A stretch of DNA of 23,235 bases from Bdellovibrionales bacterium. GTDB taxonomy: Bacteria > Bdellovibrionota > UBA1018 > JADZFF01. The notes under the pieces are model-generated. The model did not search any database, was not told where the DNA came from, and worked only from the letters and a program-made list of their open reading frames with translations. Where the stretch lies: NCBI GenBank assembly GCA_020850015.1, contig JADZFF010000084.1:1-23235 (forward strand), written 5' to 3'. Position 1 is the stretch's first letter, and each line of letters opens with the position of its first letter. This document shows positions 6,495-14,508 of this stretch, piece after piece. Both the position numbers and the translations under genes were made by a program.

Positions 6495-8902
6495 CCGGCC
6501 ACCTTCTTGATTTTGGCGAGCGTGCCATCAGAGCTCGGAGGTGGCGGAGCGGCCTGGAAAGCGTTGGGAGCGGTGCCGTCGCCGTATCCATTCGAGGCAA
6601 ACATGCGTTCGTTGGTTTCCACCAGGTTGATCTTGCCGTCCGTGGACATCTTCTTGATGCGGTTGAGGATCTTGCGCTCCACGCCCGCGTAGGAGTCGCG
6701 ACCCTGCACCTGCACGGCCTCGAGCTCCTCCTCGAGCTCCGCAACCAGGTCGCGCGGGCACTTGCTGAATACCATCTGCCGAATCTCGGCAGTGGTGCCC
6801 TTCAGGAACTGCAGGAGCTCGTCGTGCCTGAGGCTCAGCACCACCTCGAGCAGGTGCTGGTCGCGCAGGTAACGGAGCGTCTCCAAGCTGATCAGCTTGT
6901 TCTTCACGCTGTGCGCGCTGTCCGGGTTGCTGCTCTCCAGGTGACCCACGACGCTTTTCTGTACGTCGAGCCCGGTCTTTTCGAGCAGGCTCACGAGCAC
7001 GTCGGTTCCCGGCAGGGCCTCCGTGTTCAGGCGCGGGTTCTCGTGCCGCTTGCGCTTGAGGGCGCTCGCCACATTGCTGATGTAGTCCTTAGGCAGGTGG
7101 TCGATCCGCGAAAGCTCCGTGAGGATGCTGGTCTTCGTCGTCTCGTCGAGCCGGCGATACACGGCGTCGCGCTTCTGGGGATCGCACTGCGTGAGCACGA
7201 TCGCCTTCACGGTCAGGGACTCGTTGCGGACCAGCTCCAGGACCTGCATGTCGTCCATGTCCACCATGAACTCGAACAGGGCCGTGGATCGGTTACCCAT
7301 GACATAGAGCTTGGACGCGACCGTGATGTTGTGGAGCGCGCGCAGGAGCTCGAGCTTCTCCTCGTCGGAGAGCTTGATCGTGTTCCTGGCGTAGAACTCA
7401 AGAAGCTCGGTCACGTCGCGCTGCAGGCTCGGGTCGCGAAGCATGTCGACGACGATGCCTTCACCGAAGATTTCGATGTACTGCGCGGTGGCTTCCACGC
7501 CCTCCTCGGTGAGGATTCGGCTGAATACCTGCTTCGCCACCTTGGGATTCTCGGCGTAGACCTTAGAGAGGGATTCGATGAAGCCTTCGATCTCGTATCT
7601 GAGCTTCACGCGCGAGGCGCGGTCGTCGCTGCCGGACCCGGACGAGGCCTGAGCGGCGTTGCCGTTGCCCAGGGGGTCTGAGATCAGGTTCTGGAAAATT
7701 CGCTGCACCGGACCTGCGGCATCCGGGTTGCCGTGCGGGCGGTAGGCGGCGAGCGCAAGGAAGATCAGAAGAGAGAGAATCGCGCAGGCAAGCACGAGCC
7801 CGTAGACCTTGAACTTGTTGAGCTCGGCCTGGACGGCGTCGCCGCTCTCCACCCGCTCGATCTTCTCGAATCGCTCGAACTTCTCAGAGCGATTCGTATT
7901 GTCCTGTGAGGAATTGGACGAATTGTTCTGGGACACGGTCTGGTTCTTCTCGGAGCTCGAGAGGCTGCGCTGGTCGAGATACCTCGAACGCGCGTCCCGC
8001 GTGAGCTTCGATGCGGCGTCGGAGCCCCCCTGGCCCACCGAGGCGATACCCCGCGAGACACGGCTCCTGAACTCGGCCATGCGCTCGGGCGACGGGAACT
8101 GCACGGAGCTTCCGTCCACCTCGACGTTCTTGTACATCGCGTTGCGGAGACGGGCCATCTCGAGGATCGAGGAGCGCTCGTCGGGGAAGAGGCCGGAATC
8201 CATCAGGATCTTCGCGCCGATCTTCCGCACGCGCACGGCGGTGTCGCCGTCCTGGAGGAACTCTCCCGTGGATCCGTACTGGGCCTCCTCGAGGTTCACG
8301 GGATCCAGAGCCACGTCGAGGTCGCTCAGCAGGCAGCGGTCCGGGCAGTACTTGTTGAACAGCTCCTCGAGGTTGGAACGGATCTCTTTCGTGACCTTCT
8401 CGCGGATCTCGGCCACCTTGCGGCTGCTCGAGGCCGGCTGCGGGAAACGGATCACCTTCTGCTCGATCGTCACGGGGTAGGAGAGCGCATCGAGGTGCTG
8501 CTGCACGAGGTCCATCACCTTGCCACGCGACACTGGCCCAAGCATCTCGTCCACGAGGATCTTCAGAAGGACGCTCGACGCCCCGATCTCGAGGGATCTG
8601 CTCTGAATGGACTCATCGAAACCCGGCGCGATGGTGTCCGGAATCAGCGTGTCCACGGACGACTCCACCGCCAGTACCTTGCAGTGATCGGAGCAGTAGC
8701 GCTCCAGGAGCGGTTCCACCAACGAGCGAACCTGATTCTCCGCCTCGCGCTTCGCCCGATCCACGGAGCCGGGCCCCGGGGCGCCCGACGCGGGCTGGGA
8801 AAGGGCCGCGAGGGCCAGCGCCGTCCCGGCGAGGCCCGCGCACGCGGCCGTCAGTTTTCTGAAAGAGAAATCCGTTCTCATTCGGAGCTTACCTTCCTCC
8901 AC
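6488..8902 (-). CDS. Membrane-anchored FliG-like protein (signal peptide, duplicated periplasmic domain, TM, cytoplasmic FliG-like region)
   Basis: Signal peptide-like N terminus; TM VYGLVLACAILSLLIFLALAAY; FliG_M-like DMQVLELVRNESLTVKAIVLTQCDPQKRDAVYRRLDETTKTSILTELSRI; FliG_C-like LLQFLKGTTAEIRQMVFSKCPRDLVAELEEELEAVQVQ...VERKILNRIKKMSTDGKINLVE. Confidence 0.82.
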   Translation of the reverse strand: MEEGKLRMRTDFSFRKLTAACAGLAGTALALAALSQPASGAPGPGSVDRAKREAENQVRSLVEPLLERYCSDHCKVLAVESSVDTLIPDTIAPGFDESIQSRSLEIGASSVLLKILVDEMLGPVSRGKVMDLVQQHLDALSYPVTIEQKVIRFPQPASSSRKVAEIREKVTKEIRSNLEELFNKYCPDRCLLSDLDVALDPVNLEEAQYGSTGEFLQDGDTAVRVRKIGAKILMDSGLFPDERSSILEMARLRNAMYKNVEVDGSSVQFPSPERMAEFRSRVSRGIASVGQGGSDAASKLTRDARSRYLDQRSLSSSEKNQTVSQNNSSNSSQDNTNRSEKFERFEKIERVESGDAVQAELNKFKVYGLVLACAILSLLIFLALAAYRPHGNPDAAGPVQRIFQNLISDPLGNGNAAQASSGSGSDDRASRVKLRYEIEGFIESLSKVYAENPKVAKQVFSRILTEEGVEATAQYIEIFGEGIVVDMLRDPSLQRDVTELLEFYARNTIKLSDEEKLELLRALHNITVASKLYVMGNRSTALFEFMVDMDDMQVLELVRNESLTVKAIVLTQCDPQKRDAVYRRLDETTKTSILTELSRIDHLPKDYISNVASALKRKRHENPRLNTEALPGTDVLVSLLEKTGLDVQKSVVGHLESSNPDSAHSVKNKLISLETLRYLRDQHLLEVVLSLRHDELLQFLKGTTAEIRQMVFSKCPRDLVAELEEELEAVQVQGRDSYAGVERKILNRIKKMSTDGKINLVETNERMFASNGYGDGTAPNAFQAAPPPPSSDGTLAKIKKVAGW

Positions 8903-9660
8903 TTGGACTGGTCTGACTTGCGCTCGAGGTAGGCCTTGAGCGCAAGGTTGTTCGGGTCGAGCTTCACGGACTGCTGCCAGGAACGGATCGCAAGATCGCG
9001 GTAGCCGAGTCGGTCGAGCAGGGTCCCGCGCATCTCGTAGAGGCGCGGGTCGGTTGGGAAGCTGCGCAAGAGCGCGTCGGTCTCGAGCAGACCCGCCTCG
9101 TAACGGCCCAGGCGGAAAAGCTGTTTCACCTTGTCGAGCGAGGCGAGATAGCTCGTGCCTCCGCGCGGGCCCGGGTCCTCCACGGGCCGAAGCCCGAGGC
9201 CCTGCTCAATCTCCTGCCGCTCGCGGTCGTCGGCCGGATTGCCCTGCGGCATGCGGTTCACGATCTCCAGATCCGTGGCCGTGGGTTTGCGCTCGGTGTA
9301 GCTCTGATCCATGGGTACGCCGTCGGCGTCGAGCGAGGCCGGCCTCCGGCCTTCGCCGCCTTCGATCGACTCGGCGAACTGAGGCGTGAGCGGCACCATG
9401 AAGTCCTGGAACTCCGGCTGGTCGCCCGGCAGCTCCACCTCGAGCGAGCGATGGCCCTTCTTGGTGCGGAACACCACGCGGTCCTGGCTCTGCTTCTGAA
9501 TCCACGCGGTATCGAGGAATGGGTTCTCGATCACTCCCTTCCCCGCCCCGCCATTCGGGGAGGGGCCGAGCCCGATCGATGAGCATCCGGAGGCGATGCT
9601 CAGTACGACCAGGGCGCAGAGGGTCACCGCCGCGGTCATCACCGCGTCCATCCGGGCCAT
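8878..9660 (-). CDS. TPR-containing lipoprotein
   Basis: Lipobox VVLSIASGC; C-terminal TPR-like YEAGLLETDALLRSFPTDPRLYEMRGTLLDRLGYRDLAIRSWQQSVKLDPNNLALKAYLERK. The track ORF starts at 9720; internal ATG at 9660 or 9651 is more plausible. Confidence 0.8.
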   Translation of the reverse strand: MARMDAVMTAAVTLCALVVLSIASGCSSIGLGPSPNGGAGKGVIENPFLDTAWIQKQSQDRVVFRTKKGHRSLEVELPGDQPEFQDFMVPLTPQFAESIEGGEGRRPASLDADGVPMDQSYTERKPTATDLEIVNRMPQGNPADDRERQEIEQGLGLRPVEDPGPRGGTSYLASLDKVKQLFRLGRYEAGLLETDALLRSFPTDPRLYEMRGTLLDRLGYRDLAIRSWQQSVKLDPNNLALKAYLERKSDQSKWRKVSSE

Positions 9661-9691
9661 ACGGGCCCGCCGGCGATCCTGATGAGCCCCC

Positions 9692-10882
9692 TCAGAAGAG
9701 GGCACTGATTCCCAAGCCAATCTCCACTCCCGTCACTGATCCCGCCTCGCTGCCGTCGATGAACCGGGTGGCCTTGGGCCTGAAACCCAGGTTTCCGTTC
9801 ACCGCCCAGTGCTTTCCCAATCGCCATTCGTAACCCGCGCGCACCAGTCCCCCGAGGAATCCCGAGGCATAGGTGCCCCCGATCCCGGCGAAGATGCTGT
9901 GCCTCACCTGATTGAAGTTCTCGAGCTCCCCGATGAGGTTCCACGCATGCACGAAGAGCAGCGTGAGGTTGAAGCTCGCGTAAAGCTTGTTGTCCGCGTC
10001 GGTGGTGTTTCCCACCAGCTGGTTCGCGTCGAGGAGGTAGTTCAACTCGAATCCGACTTCCTTCTTCCGGTTGTCGTACCGCTCCATCATCCGGAACCCG
10101 ATGCCCAAGGTGCTGGAGTACTCTTCCACGTCCCGCTCGAAGAAATAGTAGATGGTCGGCCGGTAGAGGATCGTGGGCACGTAGTCCACGCTCTTCCTCG
10201 CGTCCTCGACCTGCGAGTAGTCCACGCCCCGGCGGAAGGCGGCGGCGCGCGAGGTCTCGGAGTTGTAGCTCTTCGACCACACCACGGCCCCAGTCTCGGA
10301 GTCCGTGATGAACATCGAGAGCATCAGACCGGTGGGCTGGTAGGCGAAGGCCACGTCCATGAAGTTCGAGATCCCGCTCTGCGAGGCCAGACGTGAGAGC
10401 TCCTGCGGGTTGCTCGTGGGCGTGGTGATCACGACGTAGTCGTTGTTGAGGCGCGCCTGCTTGGACTTGCAGGGCAGGCACTGGATGATCTTGCTCTTCG
10501 TATTGTTTAGGATCCGCTCGGTGACGAGCAGCTCGAGGTGGCTCTTGAACGACGGCGGGATGTTCTCGCTCGTGGCCACGTTGCGGATCGAGAGGTTCTT
10601 CAGCCCCTCGACCTCGCCGTTCTTCAGGTCGTACTCGAAATCGGACACGACATCGTCGAGCACCTGGTAGAAATTGCGGACGCGCTCGTCTTCGCTTGCG
10701 GCCGGCGCGGGCGCCACCGGGCCCTGCTGAAGCGGAGCTTCGGCGGTAGTGGAGGCGGCCTGGCTGGACTTCACCGCATCTGCTGCCCCCGCAGAGGGCG
10801 GAAGGAGGGCGCAGAGGGCCATCAGCCCTCCCAAGACGCCCGAAAACTTTAACGTGATGCGGCAATGCACGTGATGCTTCAC
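9692..10882 (-). CDS. Secreted protein with CsgG/FlgO-like N-terminal domain and probable C-terminal outer-membrane beta-barrel
   Basis: GTG start preceded by GGGGAGGAAGG; signal peptide ending PPSAGA; TERILNNTKSKIIQC and GLMLSMFITDSETGAVVWSKSY segments; alternating barrel-like strands ending in aromatic Phe (GLGISALF). Confidence 0.65.
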   Translation of the reverse strand: MKHHVHCRITLKFSGVLGGLMALCALLPPSAGAADAVKSSQAASTTAEAPLQQGPVAPAPAASEDERVRNFYQVLDDVVSDFEYDLKNGEVEGLKNLSIRNVATSENIPPSFKSHLELLVTERILNNTKSKIIQCLPCKSKQARLNNDYVVITTPTSNPQELSRLASQSGISNFMDVAFAYQPTGLMLSMFITDSETGAVVWSKSYNSETSRAAAFRRGVDYSQVEDARKSVDYVPTILYRPTIYYFFERDVEEYSSTLGIGFRMMERYDNRKKEVGFELNYLLDANQLVGNTTDADNKLYASFNLTLLFVHAWNLIGELENFNQVRHSIFAGIGGTYASGFLGGLVRAGYEWRLGKHWAVNGNLGFRPKATRFIDGSEAGSVTGVEIGLGISALF

Positions 10883-10937
10883 CCTTCCTCCCCAGGCTCT
10901 TCGGCGAAGTTCCTAATAGCTTGAATACGTTAGGGTT

Positions 10938-10965
10938 TTGACTGACTCATTTAATCTACTATAAG
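10938..10965 (+). promoter_or_regulatory. Candidate sigma70-type promoter for the lipoprotein gene at 10986
   Basis: TTGACT (10938-10943), 16-nt spacer, TATAAG (10960-10965) in the AT-rich divergent intergenic region. Confidence 0.45.
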
Positions 10966-10985
10966 ACCGATAAGAAAGATGAGGT

Positions 10986-11984
10986 ATGGGGGGAAGAACC
11001 ATAAAAACAGCCGCAATCCTGGGAAGCACCCTGCTTGCCGGCTGCTCTACGCCCCAGGGTGCCATTCCCCTGCCGGAGCTGCCCGAGGTGCCGGCCTACG
11101 TACGGGTTCCCCACCCCGGCAACGCCGATTTGAACGAGGTCCGGGCCCTATTCCAGAGCCCCGAGGCCCCAACTCCTGAAACCCTCGCCGCCTGCACCGC
11201 CGACTACGAGCGGATCCAGACGATGACCCAGAGCAAGGAAGACCACTCGCAGGCCGCGCAGGAGCTCGTGGGCCTGCGTCCCGAGGCCTATCACTGGTGC
11301 CTGTACTGGCAGTTCGTGCGCCTCGAGGACCGCATCAAGGAACTCCCGTACCATGACGAGCGCCAGGCCGAGGTCCTCAAGGCCTATGCCTTCATTGTTC
11401 CCGTGGCCCGCGCATTCCGCGAGGTCTACCAGGACTCGCGGTATTTGCGGATCGCCGCCTTCCGCTACCAGAAGGTCAGCGAACGCATCTTCTTCAGACA
11501 GGTGGCCCTGACCTCCGAAGGGGCACGTGACCTGCTGGCCGCCCAGTCGCTGGATCCGCACTCGGTGTGGCAAGCGATGAAAGACACTCAGTCTCCCACT
11601 TTGGAGCGGCTCGGGTTCGTGCCCCCGCCCTCCGAGGTGGACACCTTGATCAAAGAAGCCCCAGCCGGACCCGCCACGGCTGACGTGCCCGCTCCCGCGG
11701 GTGATGCGCCTCCGGCGGCCGCGACGGAACCCGCCGCTGCGCCCGCCGAAGCCGAAGTGGACTCGGAATGGGAGAAGGAGCTCCAGGCGATGGGGGACAA
11801 GGCAGAACCTCCAGCCGCGGCTCCGGTGGACCCCGCGGCGCCTCCCGCGCCCGAGGCCACCGCCCAGGCCGCGCCCCCACCGGCTGATCCGGCCCGCGCC
11901 CCCAGCGCGACGACCGAGCCCTCCCTCGAAGGAATCGAGGAGTTCTCGGCACCGACCGACCCTCCGGCAAACCCTGCCGATTGA
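10986..11984 (+). CDS. Lipoprotein of unknown function with Ala/Pro/Glu-rich C-terminal tail
   Basis: N terminus MGGRTIKTAAILGSTLLAGCST has a good lipobox (LLAGC); C terminus is PA/E-rich low complexity. Confidence 0.78.
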   Translation: MGGRTIKTAAILGSTLLAGCSTPQGAIPLPELPEVPAYVRVPHPGNADLNEVRALFQSPEAPTPETLAACTADYERIQTMTQSKEDHSQAAQELVGLRPEAYHWCLYWQFVRLEDRIKELPYHDERQAEVLKAYAFIVPVARAFREVYQDSRYLRIAAFRYQKVSERIFFRQVALTSEGARDLLAAQSLDPHSVWQAMKDTQSPTLERLGFVPPPSEVDTLIKEAPAGPATADVPAPAGDAPPAAATEPAAAPAEAEVDSEWEKELQAMGDKAEPPAAAPVDPAAPPAPEATAQAAPPPADPARAPSATTEPSLEGIEEFSAPTDPPANPAD

Positions 11985-12026
11985 CCCCTCACGCGCCGCG
12001 CCTGACCCTCTGGATTGGGGGACTCT

Positions 12027-12998
12027 ATGCGCTGGAATTGCCCGCACTGCTCGATTGAACTGTACCTGGACGACGCTCGCGTCGGGAACGGCTGGTCCTT
12101 CGCGCGCTGCTACAGCTGCGCGGGATTCAGCCTGGTCCGCAAGTCCAACGTGAATACGATCCGGATCGACCAGGCCCCGACGCCGGAAACGATCCTTCAG
12201 CCCCAACCTTCCGTTCCGCGCGTCGAGGTCCCCGCGCAGGGGCCGGTGGCGAACGCGCTGACCCGCCTCGGCGTGGCTCAGAAGAACCTCGGAGAGGCCC
12301 AGACCTCAAGGCCGCAGGTGATCCCCGGCCGCCGCACTCAGCCGCCCGGCCAGACCACGGCGGCGGCTGCCGCCCCGGCCGCGAAAAACATCTTTGGCAC
12401 CCGAACTTTGCCTCAACCGCTTCCGCTCAACCCGCGCACCAGCTCCACTCCTAAGGCTGCGGCGGCCCGCCGTTCGCGCGGGCTGATTCCAGTCGTGCTC
12501 GGGATCATGGCCGTGCTGGTCACAGGCAGCGGCGCCTTCCTTTACGTCCAAGGGCAGAACATGTGGGACCGCGCCCGCGCGGAGCTGGGCCCGGACACCG
12601 ATGGCGTGAAGCTCGGCGCCTCGGCGCCTCAGCGCGCGGCCGGAGCCAAGGCCAGGAAGTCGCAACACAAGGACGCGACGATCTTCTCCGACCGCATCGG
12701 CCAGGGCGCCATGGCCCCCAACCGGGAAATGGGACCCGGAGCCGTGGTCCGCGCCGACGAAGAGACCGACGGGATCCCCGGCCGCATGGTGGTGCGGCCC
12801 ATCCAAAACGCGGTGAACCTGCGGATGGGCCCGGGGACGAAGTACCCCATCGTGGGCCAGGCCGACGCGACGATCACCTACACCGTGACGGAATGGCGCG
12901 AACAGTGGTTCCGCATCATCCCGAACACGGGGCCTGCGGAAGAGGCCTGGATCCGCAACGACTACGTGAACACGGTCAAAGAGACTTCGCAGGAGTGA
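12027..12998 (+). CDS. MJ0042-like zinc-ribbon, single TM, bacterial SH3-like domain protein
   Basis: MRWNCPHC...CYSCAGFSLV zinc ribbon; TM LIPVVLGIMAVLVTGSGAFLYV; C-terminal AVNLRMGPGTKYPIVGQ...WFRIIP...EEAWIRNDYV SH3b-like. The track ORF starts at 12015; ATG 12027 fits better. Confidence 0.8.
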   Translation: MRWNCPHCSIELYLDDARVGNGWSFARCYSCAGFSLVRKSNVNTIRIDQAPTPETILQPQPSVPRVEVPAQGPVANALTRLGVAQKNLGEAQTSRPQVIPGRRTQPPGQTTAAAAAPAAKNIFGTRTLPQPLPLNPRTSSTPKAAAARRSRGLIPVVLGIMAVLVTGSGAFLYVQGQNMWDRARAELGPDTDGVKLGASAPQRAAGAKARKSQHKDATIFSDRIGQGAMAPNREMGPGAVVRADEETDGIPGRMVVRPIQNAVNLRMGPGTKYPIVGQADATITYTVTEWREQWFRIIPNTGPAEEAWIRNDYVNTVKETSQE

Positions 12999-14508
12999 TC
13001 GGCTCGCAGGCCCAGATCAGGATCTCCTTGGCCTTGAGGCCCCAGCGCAGGATCTCATTTCTCTGGGCCACGGCGCATCTCGCGTTCTTGAACCGGGGCT
13101 CGCCGGAGTACCGGTTGTCCGAGACGTAGAAGACGGAGCGCTCAAGCCGCGGCCAGGTTTGCGGGGTGTCGGCTGGCAAGTCGCCGTCCAGCCCGAAGAA
13201 CCGCGGCCATTCGTCCCAGTCGCGAATCGTCTTCGGAGAAAGCGTCGCTCGGTTGGGGTCGCCGCCTGCCCGCGCGATCGCCGCGGCCGCCTGCGAGGCC
13301 GTCTGGTAGCGGGATCCGATCACGGGCACCTCCGATTTCGCGAGCGGCTCGAGCGCCTGCCTCCAGCCGTAGAGGTCGTTCGTCACGTCCCACTTCGGGT
13401 CGGGCGCGTCCTTTCCCCGCGCGAGGATCGATGCCGCGGCCGTGAACACGGGCGCGTGGCATGCCAGGAGCATCAGCGCCACCAAGGGAAAACCCCAGGC
13501 CAGGTGCAGGCGCGCCAGGCTCCGCTCGCCCGTCGATGCAAGGCCCGAGGCCGCGCGGTAGCCGAGCTCCCAAGCCAGCGGAATCCACACCACCATCGGC
13601 CAGTGGGGCTTGAAGTCCGCGATCAGGGGCTGGAAAAAATAGACGAGCGCGGGCGGCGCCACCCAGATCGCCGTGAACCTCGCCACCTCGTTTCGACGGT
13701 CGATCCACAGCCTCCTCCCGAACCAGATCAGGTACAGCACGAGCGCCGGGCCGCCGAGCCCCAACTGACTTCCCCAGAAGCGCAGCCAGCGCAGGATGGA
13801 GAAACCGCCGGAATGGCGATCCTTCAATTGGTAAAGCAGCGACACCCACTCGTGTTCGAGATTCCAGGCCACCGTCGGCGCCGCGGCCACGAGCCCCCCC
13901 AGGAAGATCGCCGCGAGCGCGGGAACCCTCCGCTTGCGCGCAGGCCAGACGCAGACCGCGGCGGAAAGGGCCACGAGCACCCCGGAGTGCTTCGAGAGCG
14001 TGGCGATGAGCACGCCGGCGAAGAGCAGCGCCGCGCCGGGAAGGTTCTGGGCGGACACCCGCCAGGCACCCCAGAAGGCCAACGCCCAGCCCAGCAGGAG
14101 CGGAAGGTCCGGCACCATCATCCAGCCCGCGGCGCCGAAACCAGGAAGCGTGAGCAACATGGCACCGGCGGCCCAGGCGTAGTGCCGGTGCACGCCCAGG
14201 CTCAGAAGCCAGCGGGAGCCGATGAAGGCCAAGCCGCCCGCGCAAAGCGCGGCGGGGAGGCGGACCACGAAGGGGTGCGCGGAGCCGAACAGGGGGCGCA
14301 GGAGCCCCTCCGCGGCCGCGATCAGCCAGGCCACGAACGGAGGGTGGTAGGCGTAGCCCAGGGCGGGGCGCTGAGAGAGCACCCAGTAGTAGGCTTCGTC
14401 GTCGGAGAGCCCCAGCAGCGCGCCGTGCGCGGCGAAGAGAGCGAAGATCAGCGCGGCGATGCCCGCGCCCGCGGGAAGCCTGGGCTCAGTTGACTGAGCC
14501 ACCGTCAC
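12976..14508 (-). CDS. Glycosyltransferase family 39 / ArnT-like membrane transferase
   Basis: Multi-TM protein; GLSDDEAYYWVLSQRPALGYAYHPPFVAWLIAAAEGL matches PMT_2/ArnT-type acidic loop; MVPDLPLLLGWALAFW. Confidence 0.85.
   Translation of the reverse strand: MTVAQSTEPRLPAGAGIAALIFALFAAHGALLGLSDDEAYYWVLSQRPALGYAYHPPFVAWLIAAAEGLLRPLFGSAHPFVVRLPAALCAGGLAFIGSRWLLSLGVHRHYAWAAGAMLLTLPGFGAAGWMMVPDLPLLLGWALAFWGAWRVSAQNLPGAALLFAGVLIATLSKHSGVLVALSAAVCVWPARKRRVPALAAIFLGGLVAAAPTVAWNLEHEWVSLLYQLKDRHSGGFSILRWLRFWGSQLGLGGPALVLYLIWFGRRLWIDRRNEVARFTAIWVAPPALVYFFQPLIADFKPHWPMVVWIPLAWELGYRAASGLASTGERSLARLHLAWGFPLVALMLLACHAPVFTAAASILARGKDAPDPKWDVTNDLYGWRQALEPLAKSEVPVIGSRYQTASQAAAAIARAGGDPNRATLSPKTIRDWDEWPRFFGLDGDLPADTPQTWPRLERSVFYVSDNRYSGEPRFKNARCAVAQRNEILRWGLKAKEILIWACEPITPAKSL

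Noticed and set aside
5081-6692. Long plus-strand ORFs 5081..6127 and 5760..6692
   Set aside because: Antisense to motA and the cNMP gene; His/Arg/Pro-rich translation typical of the complement of GC-rich coding sequence.
9639-10865. Minus-strand ORF 9639..10865 (408 aa)
   Set aside because: Frame-shifted shadow of 9692..10882, which has a signal peptide, RBS and protein-like composition; the shadow is Arg/His/Gly-rich.
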